Sequence record: PZ509022.1
Length of the DNA: 64,000 bases
Reading direction: 5' to 3' (one strand)
From: a phage
Below, in pieces: positions 9,755-18,877 of this stretch. Both the position numbers and the translations under genes were made by a program. How positions within the stretch are numbered: position 1 is the first letter of the stretch; each line of letters starts with the position of its first letter. The notes under the pieces were generated by a model. That model was not told where the DNA came from. It was given only the letters and a program-made list of their open reading frames with translations, and did not search any database.

Positions 9755-10063
9755 TTAGTCTTCTATGATATCTCTATCATATCCAAGTGAAATGAGAGTT
9801 TCTTTGAAGTGTTTAATGTTCTTTTGTCTAGAATCATTAATGAAAATGACTGGATAACGAATGTTAAGAGATGTGAATCCAGCGCGTTTAGCAAGAGATA
9901 CAATCAGTGGACGATCATACTCAATCTTACCGTTATTTGTAAGAACTTTATAGAAAGTAAAAGGAGCATTGAGCTCCTTTAGAAGTTTTGTAACTGATTG
10001 ACATCCAGGACAACGACCAACTTCATCTGGAATTCCATAGACTTCAATCTTATTTTGTTTCAC
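9755..10063 (-). CDS. nrdH: Glutaredoxin-like protein NrdH
   Basis: 102-aa ORF with a CPGC redox motif near the N-terminus; located next to nrdG/nrdD. Confidence 0.8.
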   Translation of the reverse strand: MKQNKIEVYGIPDEVGRCPGCQSVTKLLKELNAPFTFYKVLTNNGKIEYDRPLIVSLAKRAGFTSLNIRYPVIFINDSRQKNIKHFKETLISLGYDRDIIED

Positions 10064-10065
10064 AA

Positions 10066-10278
10066 CTATTCCTTACTAAGAGCAGCATTCAGCTTGTTAG
10101 TAATTTTATCCAGACGCTCATTGAACTCACTAGAAGATAAGCCCTTTTCTGGAGAAATCAAACTAATCACGAAAAATATAGCAATAAAAGGAATAAGGAA
10201 AATAGCTCCAACTGCCATAAACAGAAAGAATGTTACAGATGTAAGAAAATCAGCTAAACCTTTACGAAATTTATACAT
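10066..10278 (-). CDS. Small membrane protein
   Basis: 70-aa ORF with a hydrophobic helix (FFLFMAVGAIFLIPFIAIFFVISLI). Confidence 0.55.
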   Translation of the reverse strand: MYKFRKGLADFLTSVTFFLFMAVGAIFLIPFIAIFFVISLISPEKGLSSSEFNERLDKITNKLNAALSKE

Positions 10279-10393
10279 ATTTTACCCTTAATTGATTAAC
10301 CAAGCATTGATAAGCACTAAACTATATTGGGAATAAAATTCTGGACCAAAATGAAAAATCATATCATTTATAGTATCCATAATGTAATTCAAT

Positions 10394-10864
10394 TTAATCA
10401 TGTTTCCACACCCCATCGGTATTTGACCAAAGCCGCTGATTATCTGATCCTCGCCACAGCTTTTTAGTCGGAAGATTTTTCTCATACTTCCCATCAATAA
10501 TAACATCAACATATTTAAGCATTTCTAGCTGTTTAACATCTTCAAACTTATATCCTGTCCACAACCAAATGCTTTTATTGGGATAAAGATTTTTTACTGT
10601 TTGAACAATGCAATGAATAACATCTCGGTTATCAGGATAGAGAGGGTCACCTCCAGTTATAGTCAATCCTTCTATATAATCATTATTCAAACATTCAATT
10701 AATTGTTCTAGTGTTTCACCAGTGAATGGAATACCATTTCTAGCATTCCATGTTGATTTATTATAACACCCTTCGCATTTATGCAAACAACCTGTAACGA
10801 AAAGAACGACCCTGCAACCAGGGCCATTCACAAAATCGCAAGGATAAAATCTATCATAATTCAT
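10394..10864 (-). CDS. nrdG: Anaerobic ribonucleotide reductase activating protein NrdG (radical SAM)
   Basis: 156-aa ORF with the CxxxCxxC cluster (GCLHKCEGCYN); overlaps the nrdD stop. Confidence 0.9.
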   Translation of the reverse strand: MNYDRFYPCDFVNGPGCRVVLFVTGCLHKCEGCYNKSTWNARNGIPFTGETLEQLIECLNNDYIEGLTITGGDPLYPDNRDVIHCIVQTVKNLYPNKSIWLWTGYKFEDVKQLEMLKYVDVIIDGKYEKNLPTKKLWRGSDNQRLWSNTDGVWKHD

Positions 10865-12678
10865 TGGTGTTTAACCCTATGCATGATTTCTTTATTTTTA
10901 CCGAGATTAAATCCGCGTTCGTTCGGATTTCCCAAATAACCACATGTTCTTCTTATTGTGTTCATCTTTTTAGGATCAGTTTCTCCACAAATAGAACAAA
11001 CAAATCCGTTTTCAGTAGGAGTCATTTCATGGGTACTTCCGCATGTAAAACATTTATCTACTGGCATATTAACACCAAAATAATCTAAATGTTGTGCAGC
11101 ATAATCCCATACGGCCTCAAGGCCTTTTAAGTTATTTTTCATATCAGGAAGTTCAACATAAGAAATGTGACCACCTGTCGCAATGAAATGATATGGCGCT
11201 TCACGAGAAATCTTTTCAAACGGAGTAATATTTTCTTCTACTGAAACATGGAAACTATTAGTGTACCAGCCTTTATCAGTAACATCCTTTACACTTCCAT
11301 ATTTCTCAGTATCAAGTTTACAGAAGCGATAGCACAGGTTTTCAGCAGGAGTAGAATACAAGCTAAAAGCAAAACCAGTTCTTTCAGTCCACTGCTTAAG
11401 ACGAGCATTCATTTTAGTTAAAATTTCTTGTCCAATATCACGACCGACAAGAATATTCAATTCGTGAATACCAATGTATCCTAGGGACACTGAACTTCTA
11501 CCGTTTTTAAATAACTCAATTATGTCGTCATCAGGTTTAAGACGAACCCCGAATGCACCTTCTTGGTAAAGAATAGGAGCAACAGTAGCTTTAACTCCTT
11601 TTAAGGAACTAATTCTACACATCAAAGCTTCAAAACATAAATCCATTCGTTCATTAAATAGCTCAACAAATTTCTGTTCATTGAATTGTGTTCCAATATA
11701 AGAATCTAACGCGATGCGAGGAAGATTCAGTGTTACAACACCAAGATTATTACGTCCATCAAGAATTTCATTACCAGTCGAATCTTTCCATACGCTCAAG
11801 AAACTACGGCAACCCATTGGAGAAACAGGAACAGATGAACCAGTGATAGCTTTATTGTTCTTAGCTGAAATAATATCAGGATACATCCTTTTGCTTGCAC
11901 ACTCTAGAGCAAGCTGCTTAATATCATAGTTCGGATCGTCTTTGTAAAGATTAACGCCTTCTTCGACGAACATAACAAGCTTAGGGAAAATAGGAGTTAT
12001 CCCATCACGACCGAGACCTTTAATACGATTTTTCAGAATTGCTTTCTGAATCATTCGTTCAGTCCAGTCAGTTCCCGTACCAAATGTAATTGTTACAAAA
12101 GGCGTTTGTCCGTTTGAACTAAAGAGAGTATTTACTTCATATTCATAAGCTTGGAATGCATCGTATACGTCTTTTTCTGTTTTAGATTGAGCATAATTCA
12201 ACGCATCAGCGATTTGCCATTTTTCTGCATCCTCAATATGTTTTGCATATGTGCGTTTAACATAAGGAGAAAGTACTTTATCTACATTAGCAAAAGTCGT
12301 TCCGCCGTATTGGTGAGAAGCAACCTGTGCAGTAATTTGTGCCATAATTGCAGTAGCAACGCCAATTGATTTAGGAGTTTCAATTTGAGCATTGCCTAAT
12401 TTAAATCCATTCTCAAGCATTCCTTTTAAATCTACTAAACAGCAATTAGTAAAAGGCAATGATATACTGTAATCTAAATCGTGAAAATGAATTAATCCGA
12501 CATTATGAGCATTTACAATATGGCTCGGAAGAATACTACAAGCGATATGTTTAGAAACAATACCGGCCATTAAATCTCTTTTTGTTGGAAAGACACGAGA
12601 ATCTTTGTTGGCATTTTCGGTATTTAATTCTTTATCTTTATTTGAAATAAAATTTAAAACATCTTTCTCTAAAGACAT
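10861..12678 (-). CDS. nrdD: Anaerobic ribonucleoside-triphosphate reductase NrdD, uninterrupted
   Basis: 605-aa continuous ORF with the C-terminal glycyl radical motif RRTCGYLG and zinc-ribbon cysteines; no intron-like interruption. Confidence 0.95.
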   Translation of the reverse strand: MSLEKDVLNFISNKDKELNTENANKDSRVFPTKRDLMAGIVSKHIACSILPSHIVNAHNVGLIHFHDLDYSISLPFTNCCLVDLKGMLENGFKLGNAQIETPKSIGVATAIMAQITAQVASHQYGGTTFANVDKVLSPYVKRTYAKHIEDAEKWQIADALNYAQSKTEKDVYDAFQAYEYEVNTLFSSNGQTPFVTITFGTGTDWTERMIQKAILKNRIKGLGRDGITPIFPKLVMFVEEGVNLYKDDPNYDIKQLALECASKRMYPDIISAKNNKAITGSSVPVSPMGCRSFLSVWKDSTGNEILDGRNNLGVVTLNLPRIALDSYIGTQFNEQKFVELFNERMDLCFEALMCRISSLKGVKATVAPILYQEGAFGVRLKPDDDIIELFKNGRSSVSLGYIGIHELNILVGRDIGQEILTKMNARLKQWTERTGFAFSLYSTPAENLCYRFCKLDTEKYGSVKDVTDKGWYTNSFHVSVEENITPFEKISREAPYHFIATGGHISYVELPDMKNNLKGLEAVWDYAAQHLDYFGVNMPVDKCFTCGSTHEMTPTENGFVCSICGETDPKKMNTIRRTCGYLGNPNERGFNLGKNKEIMHRVKHQ

Positions 12679-13490
12679 AATTCTAATTTATCCTTTTGAA
12701 ATTCTTCGTCTAAATATGGGTTCCAACCCATTTTAAACCTTTTGATGAAATTATCAATTCTAAATTTCGGTAAATTTAACTCCGCAAAAATAGATGATTT
12801 ACTTTTAAAATCTGGACCTAAATAATCATATAAAATTTCTGCGTATTTTAACCATAATATATAAGTACCAGATTTAATTGCTCTAGGAGTTTTCCAAGGT
12901 TTTACGCCGTACATCGGATTTCCACTTCCTTTATGCCTGATAGAAGATGAAATTCCAATTTTAATTTTAGCTTCCTTTGTGTGCGAAAATCCATGATGTG
13001 GATTTTCTTTCCAGTATTTTTTAGAAGCTTCTGATATTTTCTTTCTGGCTAAATTAGTATGATGCTTTCCATAAAATCCATGATTTTTACCTTTATTACG
13101 ATTTCTTTTAATCATGGTTATTGATTGCTTTTCTCTAGTTTCTTTAGAAGGGGAAACACCGTACGTTGTAAATTGACCATTAGCATATGCTAAATTAAAA
13201 TACTCTTTATTCCATATATCTTTTTCTATATTCTTTTGAAATTCAGCTTCAATGCTAGTTATTTGTTCATCTCCGACTAATTGAAAATATAATATTTCAA
13301 CTTTCGGTGTTTCTTTCAACAGAGCTTTTTGAAATTCGGAAGATGACGAAGACGAATAATAAAATTTACCATTTTTATCAATAATATTCGTTCCGTCAAA
13401 AGTGCAATTGGTTTTACTTCCAATATAATAATATGGCGGGGTTTTAGCATTAATTCTACTAATAAATGATAGTTTATATACTACATTCAT
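12669..13490 (-). CDS. Seg-like GIY-YIG family homing endonuclease (freestanding)
   Basis: 273-aa ORF; N-terminus VVYKLSF...YYYIGSKTN resembles the GIY-YIG motif; C-terminal basic repeats (GKHHTNLARKKISEA, GFSHTKEAKIKIG) resemble NUMOD3 DNA-binding modules; stop overlaps the nrdD start. Confidence 0.65.
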   Translation of the reverse strand: MNVVYKLSFISRINAKTPPYYYIGSKTNCTFDGTNIIDKNGKFYYSSSSSSEFQKALLKETPKVEILYFQLVGDEQITSIEAEFQKNIEKDIWNKEYFNLAYANGQFTTYGVSPSKETREKQSITMIKRNRNKGKNHGFYGKHHTNLARKKISEASKKYWKENPHHGFSHTKEAKIKIGISSSIRHKGSGNPMYGVKPWKTPRAIKSGTYILWLKYAEILYDYLGPDFKSKSSIFAELNLPKFRIDNFIKRFKMGWNPYLDEEFQKDKLELCL

Positions 13491-13960
13491 TTTAAACTCT
13501 TTCTAAGCTGCTTCTTAAATGAAGCTATTAACTGTGTTTTGGTGTCAGATTCATTATATTCAAATCCTCTTTGAAGCATCTCAGCCATCATTTCCTCTTT
13601 TCCTAAACGAGAAAATTCCTTTGATTTATCTCCAACAAAGTTAGGGTGAATATTATTTTGGGTGTAATCGGATTTTAAATAAGTAAGTAAATTTTCTAAC
13701 CATTCAAGATAATCAACACCTTGACCCTTTAAGCCAGAACGATTAAATTTATGCTTCATTTGACCTTCCGCTGCATTGCAGAGATTACAGAGCAATCCAC
13801 GTACCTTTCCTGCTTTTGGTCCATTTAATTCATGATCATGGTCAAGGTGATTAGCTTGAACATCAGGATTTAGTTCTCGTTGGCAAATTAAGCATTTACC
13901 GTTTTGTGCATCATAAAATTTCTGTTTTTCTTCTTTATATAATTTGCCAGTCAATAACAT
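13487..13960 (-). CDS. 49: Endonuclease VII (Holliday junction resolvase) gp49
   Basis: 157-aa ORF; matches T4 endo VII including the zinc-binding cysteines (CLICQ...CNLCN). Confidence 0.92.
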   Translation of the reverse strand: MLLTGKLYKEEKQKFYDAQNGKCLICQRELNPDVQANHLDHDHELNGPKAGKVRGLLCNLCNAAEGQMKHKFNRSGLKGQGVDYLEWLENLLTYLKSDYTQNNIHPNFVGDKSKEFSRLGKEEMMAEMLQRGFEYNESDTKTQLIASFKKQLRKSLK

Positions 13961-14001
13961 AATAAACCCTTACCTTAAATAGATAAGGGTATTTATTATT
14001 T

Positions 14002-14505
14002 TCAAGTATTGTAAAACATTTGATTCAATCGCTTATATTGCCGAATCTTTTGGTCAGAAAAAGAAATTTGGGTTTCAAGCCATTCAATATATTCTGCCGC
14101 AGCTTGCATCAAATTTCCTTCATAGCCATCGTTATTTTCTTGTGCAGCTAATTTAGCTAATGCGTATGGAATACGTTCACCTTGAAAATCGGCTTTAGGC
14201 TTCTGAACAACTTGATTAGTTCTCTCTACAACTTCTTCAATTTCACCATTTTCTACTGATTCAGTATTCCACAAGCACCAATACGTAGTTGGCTTATCGT
14301 AGATGTTAATAATCTTTCCATCAGAAAGTTCAATTTCAATAATTCCAGTATCAGGTTCTATATCATCTTCACATTCTTTTGCAAGTTCACGAACTTTAAA
14401 GACAGTACCTGCACTAAGTTCCGGCCAGTAATTACATAGCTCTTTATCAGCACGATTAATTCTAAACCACTTATCTACTGTAATCATGTCCCATCTCCAT
14501 ATCAA
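14002..14505 (-). CDS. Hypothetical protein in the position of T4 pin (protease inhibitor)
   Basis: 167-aa ORF between 49 and nrdC; naming rests on position only. Confidence 0.5.
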   Translation of the reverse strand: MIWRWDMITVDKWFRINRADKELCNYWPELSAGTVFKVRELAKECEDDIEPDTGIIEIELSDGKIINIYDKPTTYWCLWNTESVENGEIEEVVERTNQVVQKPKADFQGERIPYALAKLAAQENNDGYEGNLMQAAAEYIEWLETQISFSDQKIRQYKRLNQMFYNT

Positions 14506-14609
14506 TTAAGTCATTTATCGTTGGTTCATTATATATTGTTTCTTCATCAGTGTAAACCGGTTCTTCCGGCTCTGGCTCTACAGTTTCCCATCTAACCGCC
14601 CACCAAGGT

Positions 14610-14819
14610 TTAACCCCGAAGCTTATTAAGTTCTTCATAATCAATCCAGGATTCTAATCCTGATGGCAAATCAGATTCAATTTCCCAAAGAAGTTCTTCA
14701 ATTTTCTGAAGACGATCTAGTTCTTCGGCTGGAATAGTAACCATTGACGGAGCTCGTGATACATTAATATCGTAAATCATATTTACCCCAGTTTGACCAT
14801 GCAATCGCCGTATTTCCAC
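14610..14819 (-). CDS. Small hypothetical protein
   Basis: 69-aa ORF. Confidence 0.5.
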   Translation of the reverse strand: MEIRRLHGQTGVNMIYDINVSRAPSMVTIPAEELDRLQKIEELLWEIESDLPSGLESWIDYEELNKLRG

Positions 14820-14998
14820 TTAGAAATAGACTTTTCACCGTTAGAATAATAAACTTCGAGTTTAGCACGATTATTTTTAATTTGAATAACCTTTGCTGTC
14901 ATCAAAGTTCCATACCCATAGTAAACTGCAACTTCATCACCTACATATACCGCGCTTCCGCGGTAATCGTGAATATAGTCAGTTCCTTCGAGCATCAT
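14783..14998 (-). CDS. Small hypothetical protein
   Basis: 71-aa ORF; start overlaps the nrdC stop. Confidence 0.5.
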   Translation of the reverse strand: MMLEGTDYIHDYRGSAVYVGDEVAVYYGYGTLMTAKVIQIKNNRAKLEVYYSNGEKSISKWKYGDCMVKLG

Positions 14999-15258
14999 TT
15001 AAAATATTCTCGCAGTTGGTCAAATCCACCAATATGACTTCCATCAGGAGCAAATACCTGAGGCATTGTCAAGCCGATTTGAGTATCACGACCTAGTTTA
15101 GTCAGAAGCTCAGCGATTTTCTCATCATCAAAAACACCTTTTTCCGGCATAATGTTGATAAATTCAAACGGCTGTTTCTTCACGGTCAAAAGACGTTTTG
15201 CATTATCGCAATACACACATTTATGGATGTTGCTATCATAACCATATACTTTAAACAT
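14995..15258 (-). CDS. nrdC: Thioredoxin/glutaredoxin NrdC
   Basis: 87-aa ORF with the CVYC active site; matches T4 thioredoxin. Confidence 0.9.
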   Translation of the reverse strand: MFKVYGYDSNIHKCVYCDNAKRLLTVKKQPFEFINIMPEKGVFDDEKIAELLTKLGRDTQIGLTMPQVFAPDGSHIGGFDQLREYFK

Positions 15259-15259
15259 A

Positions 15260-15502
15260 TTATTCCTTAATTCCTAGTACTTGTTTAAAAGTCTCGTCGT
15301 AATCAAGACTTTGGCCCGTTTGTTCTTTATGTTTGTATATAATATCACTTACTTCTGATAGCATATTTTTATATGAACGAGTTAAAGCAGATTTAAGCAC
15401 GCTGTATCTATCAGGAAATTTACCGTGTTCATTATAATAAGCTATTGCTAATTCACGGACTGCCTTTTCAGCAGTCTCCATATATTCTTTACGCTTGGCC
15501 AT
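15260..15502 (-). CDS. Small hypothetical protein
   Basis: ORF 15260-15661 trimmed to the Met of [13 protein letters not shown]...; the N-terminal extension overlaps the next gene. Confidence 0.45.
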   Translation of the reverse strand: MAKRKEYMETAEKAVRELAIAYYNEHGKFPDRYSVLKSALTRSYKNMLSEVSDIIYKHKEQTGQSLDYDETFKQVLGIKE

Positions 15503-15806
15503 TTTCTTCTCGGTCAAATCGGTGTTTACAATGGCGACATTTATAACGAAGATTACTAGTCTGCCAATGGACCAATTGCACCTGTTCAGTTCCACATTCA
15601 GGGCAATTAGGAACGTTTTTAGAAGCGCGTTCGCGGCGTTCAACCATAACCATAATGGCATACCAAGCAGGAGGTTTAAAATCTAAATCATCACAACCAT
15701 GAATCTTTCCGCGCATTTCCAGATCGTCTTCTTCACCAGCCATAATAATTTTAATTAGACTGGAATTACTTGAAGCTGCAATATCTTCTAATAGACGCTT
15801 TTTCAT
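15489..15806 (-). CDS. Small zinc-ribbon protein
   Basis: 105-aa ORF with CPECG...CRHCKH, a four-cysteine/histidine ribbon. Confidence 0.55.
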   Translation of the reverse strand: MKKRLLEDIAASSNSSLIKIIMAGEEDDLEMRGKIHGCDDLDFKPPAWYAIMVMVERRERASKNVPNCPECGTEQVQLVHWQTSNLRYKCRHCKHRFDREENGQA

Positions 15807-16732
15807 TTCAATACCTCAATAGCATTACGTAAACCATTTGCTTTTGCATTAAGAGCTTTTAACAATTTAGTGTGTTCGGCAATCTGAGCTTCAACTTCAA
15901 CTAGTCGAGATTTGAGGTATTCACGTTCTTCGCTCAAGTTATCAATCTTTTCTACTTTAGGCTCTTTTACAACTGTCTTATATGTATTAGGGTTCTTCAG
16001 TTTAATTAAAATGCGTGAACTGTATAACATTGAACCATTATCTTCGGTTTCGTCATACATTTCTACTACATCCATAATTTTTAACATCATGCGGAGTTTA
16101 TAAGACAACGAACGAATAGTTTTGTTGTGCTTATTAATTTCTTTAGCTGTCATGGTGCCGAGATTACGTGAGTAATAATAAGGAACCTGGATATTAATTA
16201 ATACTGATGAACCACCTGGCTTGTGTGTTACTTCATCAGCAATAACCCAATCTTTAACATGAACTTTATTTGTACGATTATCGCCACCTGTGAATAATTT
16301 ACAAGAATGTTTAAAAAGCATATTCACTTGGTTATTGAATTCACAAGCAAATTTATCAGCAAATTTAGTTTCAGGAATGGTAGATAACCAATCAGCTAAA
16401 TGAGTCTTTTTAACATCGTTAATAATAGTAAATTCAACCAAATCGGTTATAGATGTCGCAGTTTTAATGAAGCTCGGCTTCATAAAGTTTTTAATGTTAT
16501 CACGAGCTACAGTAGAAGATAACATACGAGAACGTTTGAACCATTGAAGCAACGTCCCTAACGAATGAGAATAAGCGTTTTGAGTATCTTTACAGATATG
16601 ATTTTCCTGGCCAACATATTGAAGGAAATCACGAAGAATATTATTGATTACTGCTCTGTGTCCGATCTGATAATTACGGTGTTTAGTAATAAGACTGTCA
16701 AAATAATCAATATAATGTTTACGAGTTTTCAT
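15803..16732 (-). CDS. Hypothetical protein, paralog family member 1 (globular N-domain plus C-terminal coiled coil)
   Basis: 309-aa ORF; begins MKTRKHY; C-terminal roughly 45 aa is heptad-like ([44 protein letters not shown]). Confidence 0.7.
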   Translation of the reverse strand: MKTRKHYIDYFDSLITKHRNYQIGHRAVINNILRDFLQYVGQENHICKDTQNAYSHSLGTLLQWFKRSRMLSSTVARDNIKNFMKPSFIKTATSITDLVEFTIINDVKKTHLADWLSTIPETKFADKFACEFNNQVNMLFKHSCKLFTGGDNRTNKVHVKDWVIADEVTHKPGGSSVLINIQVPYYYSRNLGTMTAKEINKHNKTIRSLSYKLRMMLKIMDVVEMYDETEDNGSMLYSSRILIKLKNPNTYKTVVKEPKVEKIDNLSEEREYLKSRLVEVEAQIAEHTKLLKALNAKANGLRNAIEVLK

Positions 16733-16784
16733 GTTCTTCTCACTTGGTTAATGATTTATACTCCGAGCCATCCTTGGCTTTAAA

Positions 16785-17786
16785 TTACTTAATTAACTGT
16801 AAAGCTTGTTCCAGACGATCAAGACGATTAACAGATTCTTCCCAAATCCTTTTAGCCTGCTCATATTCTTTCTGCGCTTTATTAGAAATTTCTAGAACTT
16901 CTTTATAAGCTTTTTCTAGTGCAATAACTTCTGGACGAATTTCTACCGGTTCAGGTGAATCGTCAAGACATTCCATTAGTTCCTCAAGGGTAGTTTCTTC
17001 TTTAGGAGTATTCACAATTTCATCACATTTTTGTTGGTAAATTTCTTTATCAGTAGGTGAATAAGCACATTTCACTTCACGAAGGCTAATTACGAGTTTA
17101 TATCCTTCCCAACCGCATATATTCTTAAAAGGATATGTATGAATATTTTCTACTGTTTCCATACAAAGTAATGCGGTCTCTAATTGACGAGTTATAGTGC
17201 TAGCAATTGAGAAAAATTTATTAATATTCTTTTGGTTAGTTTCTGGTGTAAAAAATCCATAATTCACAAAAATAGATACTTTATTTTTATCAAGTTCATA
17301 TTCTTTTATGATAATCATATCAGAAGCCAAAGGATGAATTTGACGATAATCGCCATAACATAATTTAGAAGCTGATTTTAGAATCTGTCCTTTGAAAAGT
17401 CTGAAATTACTAATCCAACGACGAGTAAAAATATTCTCAGGGTCTTCTTTATTATTAAGATGATAAGAATTAACATCACCGAACCAATTATATCCTACTA
17501 CATCTTTGGTTCGTTTAATTTCTTTCCCAAAATTACCAAGAATATCCCGATTAACCAAATATGAAAGAAGACGAGACTCTTTAAAGGTTTTCTTGATAAC
17601 ATCTTTATCTACACGACTAGAAATTTTACGAATTTCATGAATAAATTTAGTAGAAGAAACAATACTTGCATCAACACTATTGAGCCATTGATTGATAATA
17701 GAAAGAACGATATTTTGACCAAACATCGGTATAGCTTTATCATCAATAACGCTATTGAATGATTTGATATATTCGTTACGAGTCAT
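16785..17786 (-). CDS. Hypothetical protein, paralog family member 2
   Basis: Start placed at the Met of MTRNEY (17786): GAGGAG ribosome-binding site and an early promoter lie just upstream; C-terminal coiled coil. Confidence 0.65.
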   Translation of the reverse strand: MTRNEYIKSFNSVIDDKAIPMFGQNIVLSIINQWLNSVDASIVSSTKFIHEIRKISSRVDKDVIKKTFKESRLLSYLVNRDILGNFGKEIKRTKDVVGYNWFGDVNSYHLNNKEDPENIFTRRWISNFRLFKGQILKSASKLCYGDYRQIHPLASDMIIIKEYELDKNKVSIFVNYGFFTPETNQKNINKFFSIASTITRQLETALLCMETVENIHTYPFKNICGWEGYKLVISLREVKCAYSPTDKEIYQQKCDEIVNTPKEETTLEELMECLDDSPEPVEIRPEVIALEKAYKEVLEISNKAQKEYEQAKRIWEESVNRLDRLEQALQLIK

Positions 17787-17812
17787 ATTAATCTCCTCAG
17801 TAGAAAGTAAGA

Positions 17813-17846
17813 ACATTATACCACATCCTTGTGGCAAAGTAAACTA
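17813..17846 (-). promoter_or_regulatory. Sigma70-type early promoter (TTTACT, 17 bp, TATAAT) on the minus strand
   Basis: Plus strand shows gtaaac at 17839-17844 and attata at 17815-17820; overlaps the stop of the upstream paralog. Confidence 0.5.
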
Positions 17847-18869
17847 GTTCAGTGCATTTAGTGCATTGTTCAGTTTAGAACGTTGCTTTGTCAGATTTTG
17901 AACCCTTGACTGAGCTTGTTCTAACGCTTTTTCAGCTTCTAGCACTTCATTGGTCGCTTTAACGAGTTCATCATCTACTGCCTTAAGGGACTTCTCAATC
18001 GCATCCGCGTGCCATTTTTCAACAGGTTTAAGACTCGGATTTTCAATAGGAAGAAAATTCACTTTATTGAATTTCCATGCATCATTATTACCTGAACTAT
18101 ACATCCAAAATTTAGAATCGTTTGATGAGTAATTGGATAAATTTAAATTTAAGTTATCTTGCACTTCTTGCTTTTTCTCTTGCGGGACTTCGTCCTTTCT
18201 CAAAAATTCATATTTAAATGAAACAATCATATCAAGTTCATATGTTGTTGTATCTAACTTAAATCGTTCAAAACGAGGTAAAATCTTAGATTGAACAGCA
18301 GCAACAACATCCATATACTTAAATGCTTCTGTCAACTGTGATTTAAGGCATTCACAAATTGAAAGAGAATTTTTTGTATTAGGTTTAAAGCTAATTCGTG
18401 CAGTTCTATTATTTTCTTTTAACGGTCTTACTTCCATCTGAAGAGTATAACCATCAAATTTCAGATTCTTTAAGTTAATATCAGAACCTTTTAATCGACT
18501 AGCCGTAGACAAAATTTGCTTTAATTGTTTACGGAATAGAGCAATAAATCTCCATTCAAGACGATAATGATTTGGATTAAAAAATCCTGTTGATAAATCA
18601 ACCTTACTCTGACCAACGCCTTGAACAAATAGAGGATTTTTATAATCAATAGTTTTACAGAAATCGGTGAGCTGCTCACGAGCAGTCATTTGTGTAATAT
18701 ATCCCGCTTTACTAAAATGACGTAACCATTCACTGCTATTCATATACTTAAAGTGAATGGAACTATTAACTCTATCAGGGTCTAAATTATTTTGGCACAA
18801 AAATGTCATAACATTACGGGTATAGCTAGCATTACGAACCATATCTTCAATTTGAGAACGAGTTTTCAT
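17844..18869 (-). CDS. Hypothetical protein, paralog family member 3
   Basis: 341-aa ORF; begins MKTRSQ like member 1; shares the SLS...YMDVV block; C-terminal coiled coil. Confidence 0.7.
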   Translation of the reverse strand: MKTRSQIEDMVRNASYTRNVMTFLCQNNLDPDRVNSSIHFKYMNSSEWLRHFSKAGYITQMTAREQLTDFCKTIDYKNPLFVQGVGQSKVDLSTGFFNPNHYRLEWRFIALFRKQLKQILSTASRLKGSDINLKNLKFDGYTLQMEVRPLKENNRTARISFKPNTKNSLSICECLKSQLTEAFKYMDVVAAVQSKILPRFERFKLDTTTYELDMIVSFKYEFLRKDEVPQEKKQEVQDNLNLNLSNYSSNDSKFWMYSSGNNDAWKFNKVNFLPIENPSLKPVEKWHADAIEKSLKAVDDELVKATNEVLEAEKALEQAQSRVQNLTKQRSKLNNALNALN

Positions 18870-18877
18870 GGTGTTCC

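Noticed and set aside
10288-10512. 74-aa minus-strand ORF overlapping the 3' end of nrdG
   Set aside because: Overlaps nrdG by about 120 nt in another frame; only a short remnant (about 37 aa from an internal Met) could be real, too weak to call.
11714-12369. Plus-strand ORFs of 71 and 72 aa
   Set aside because: Antisense within nrdD; no independent support.
10861-12678. Possible group I intron and intron-encoded endonuclease in nrdD (as in T4)
   Set aside because: The nrdD ORF is continuous over 605 codons with intact N- and C-terminal motifs; no interruption is present.
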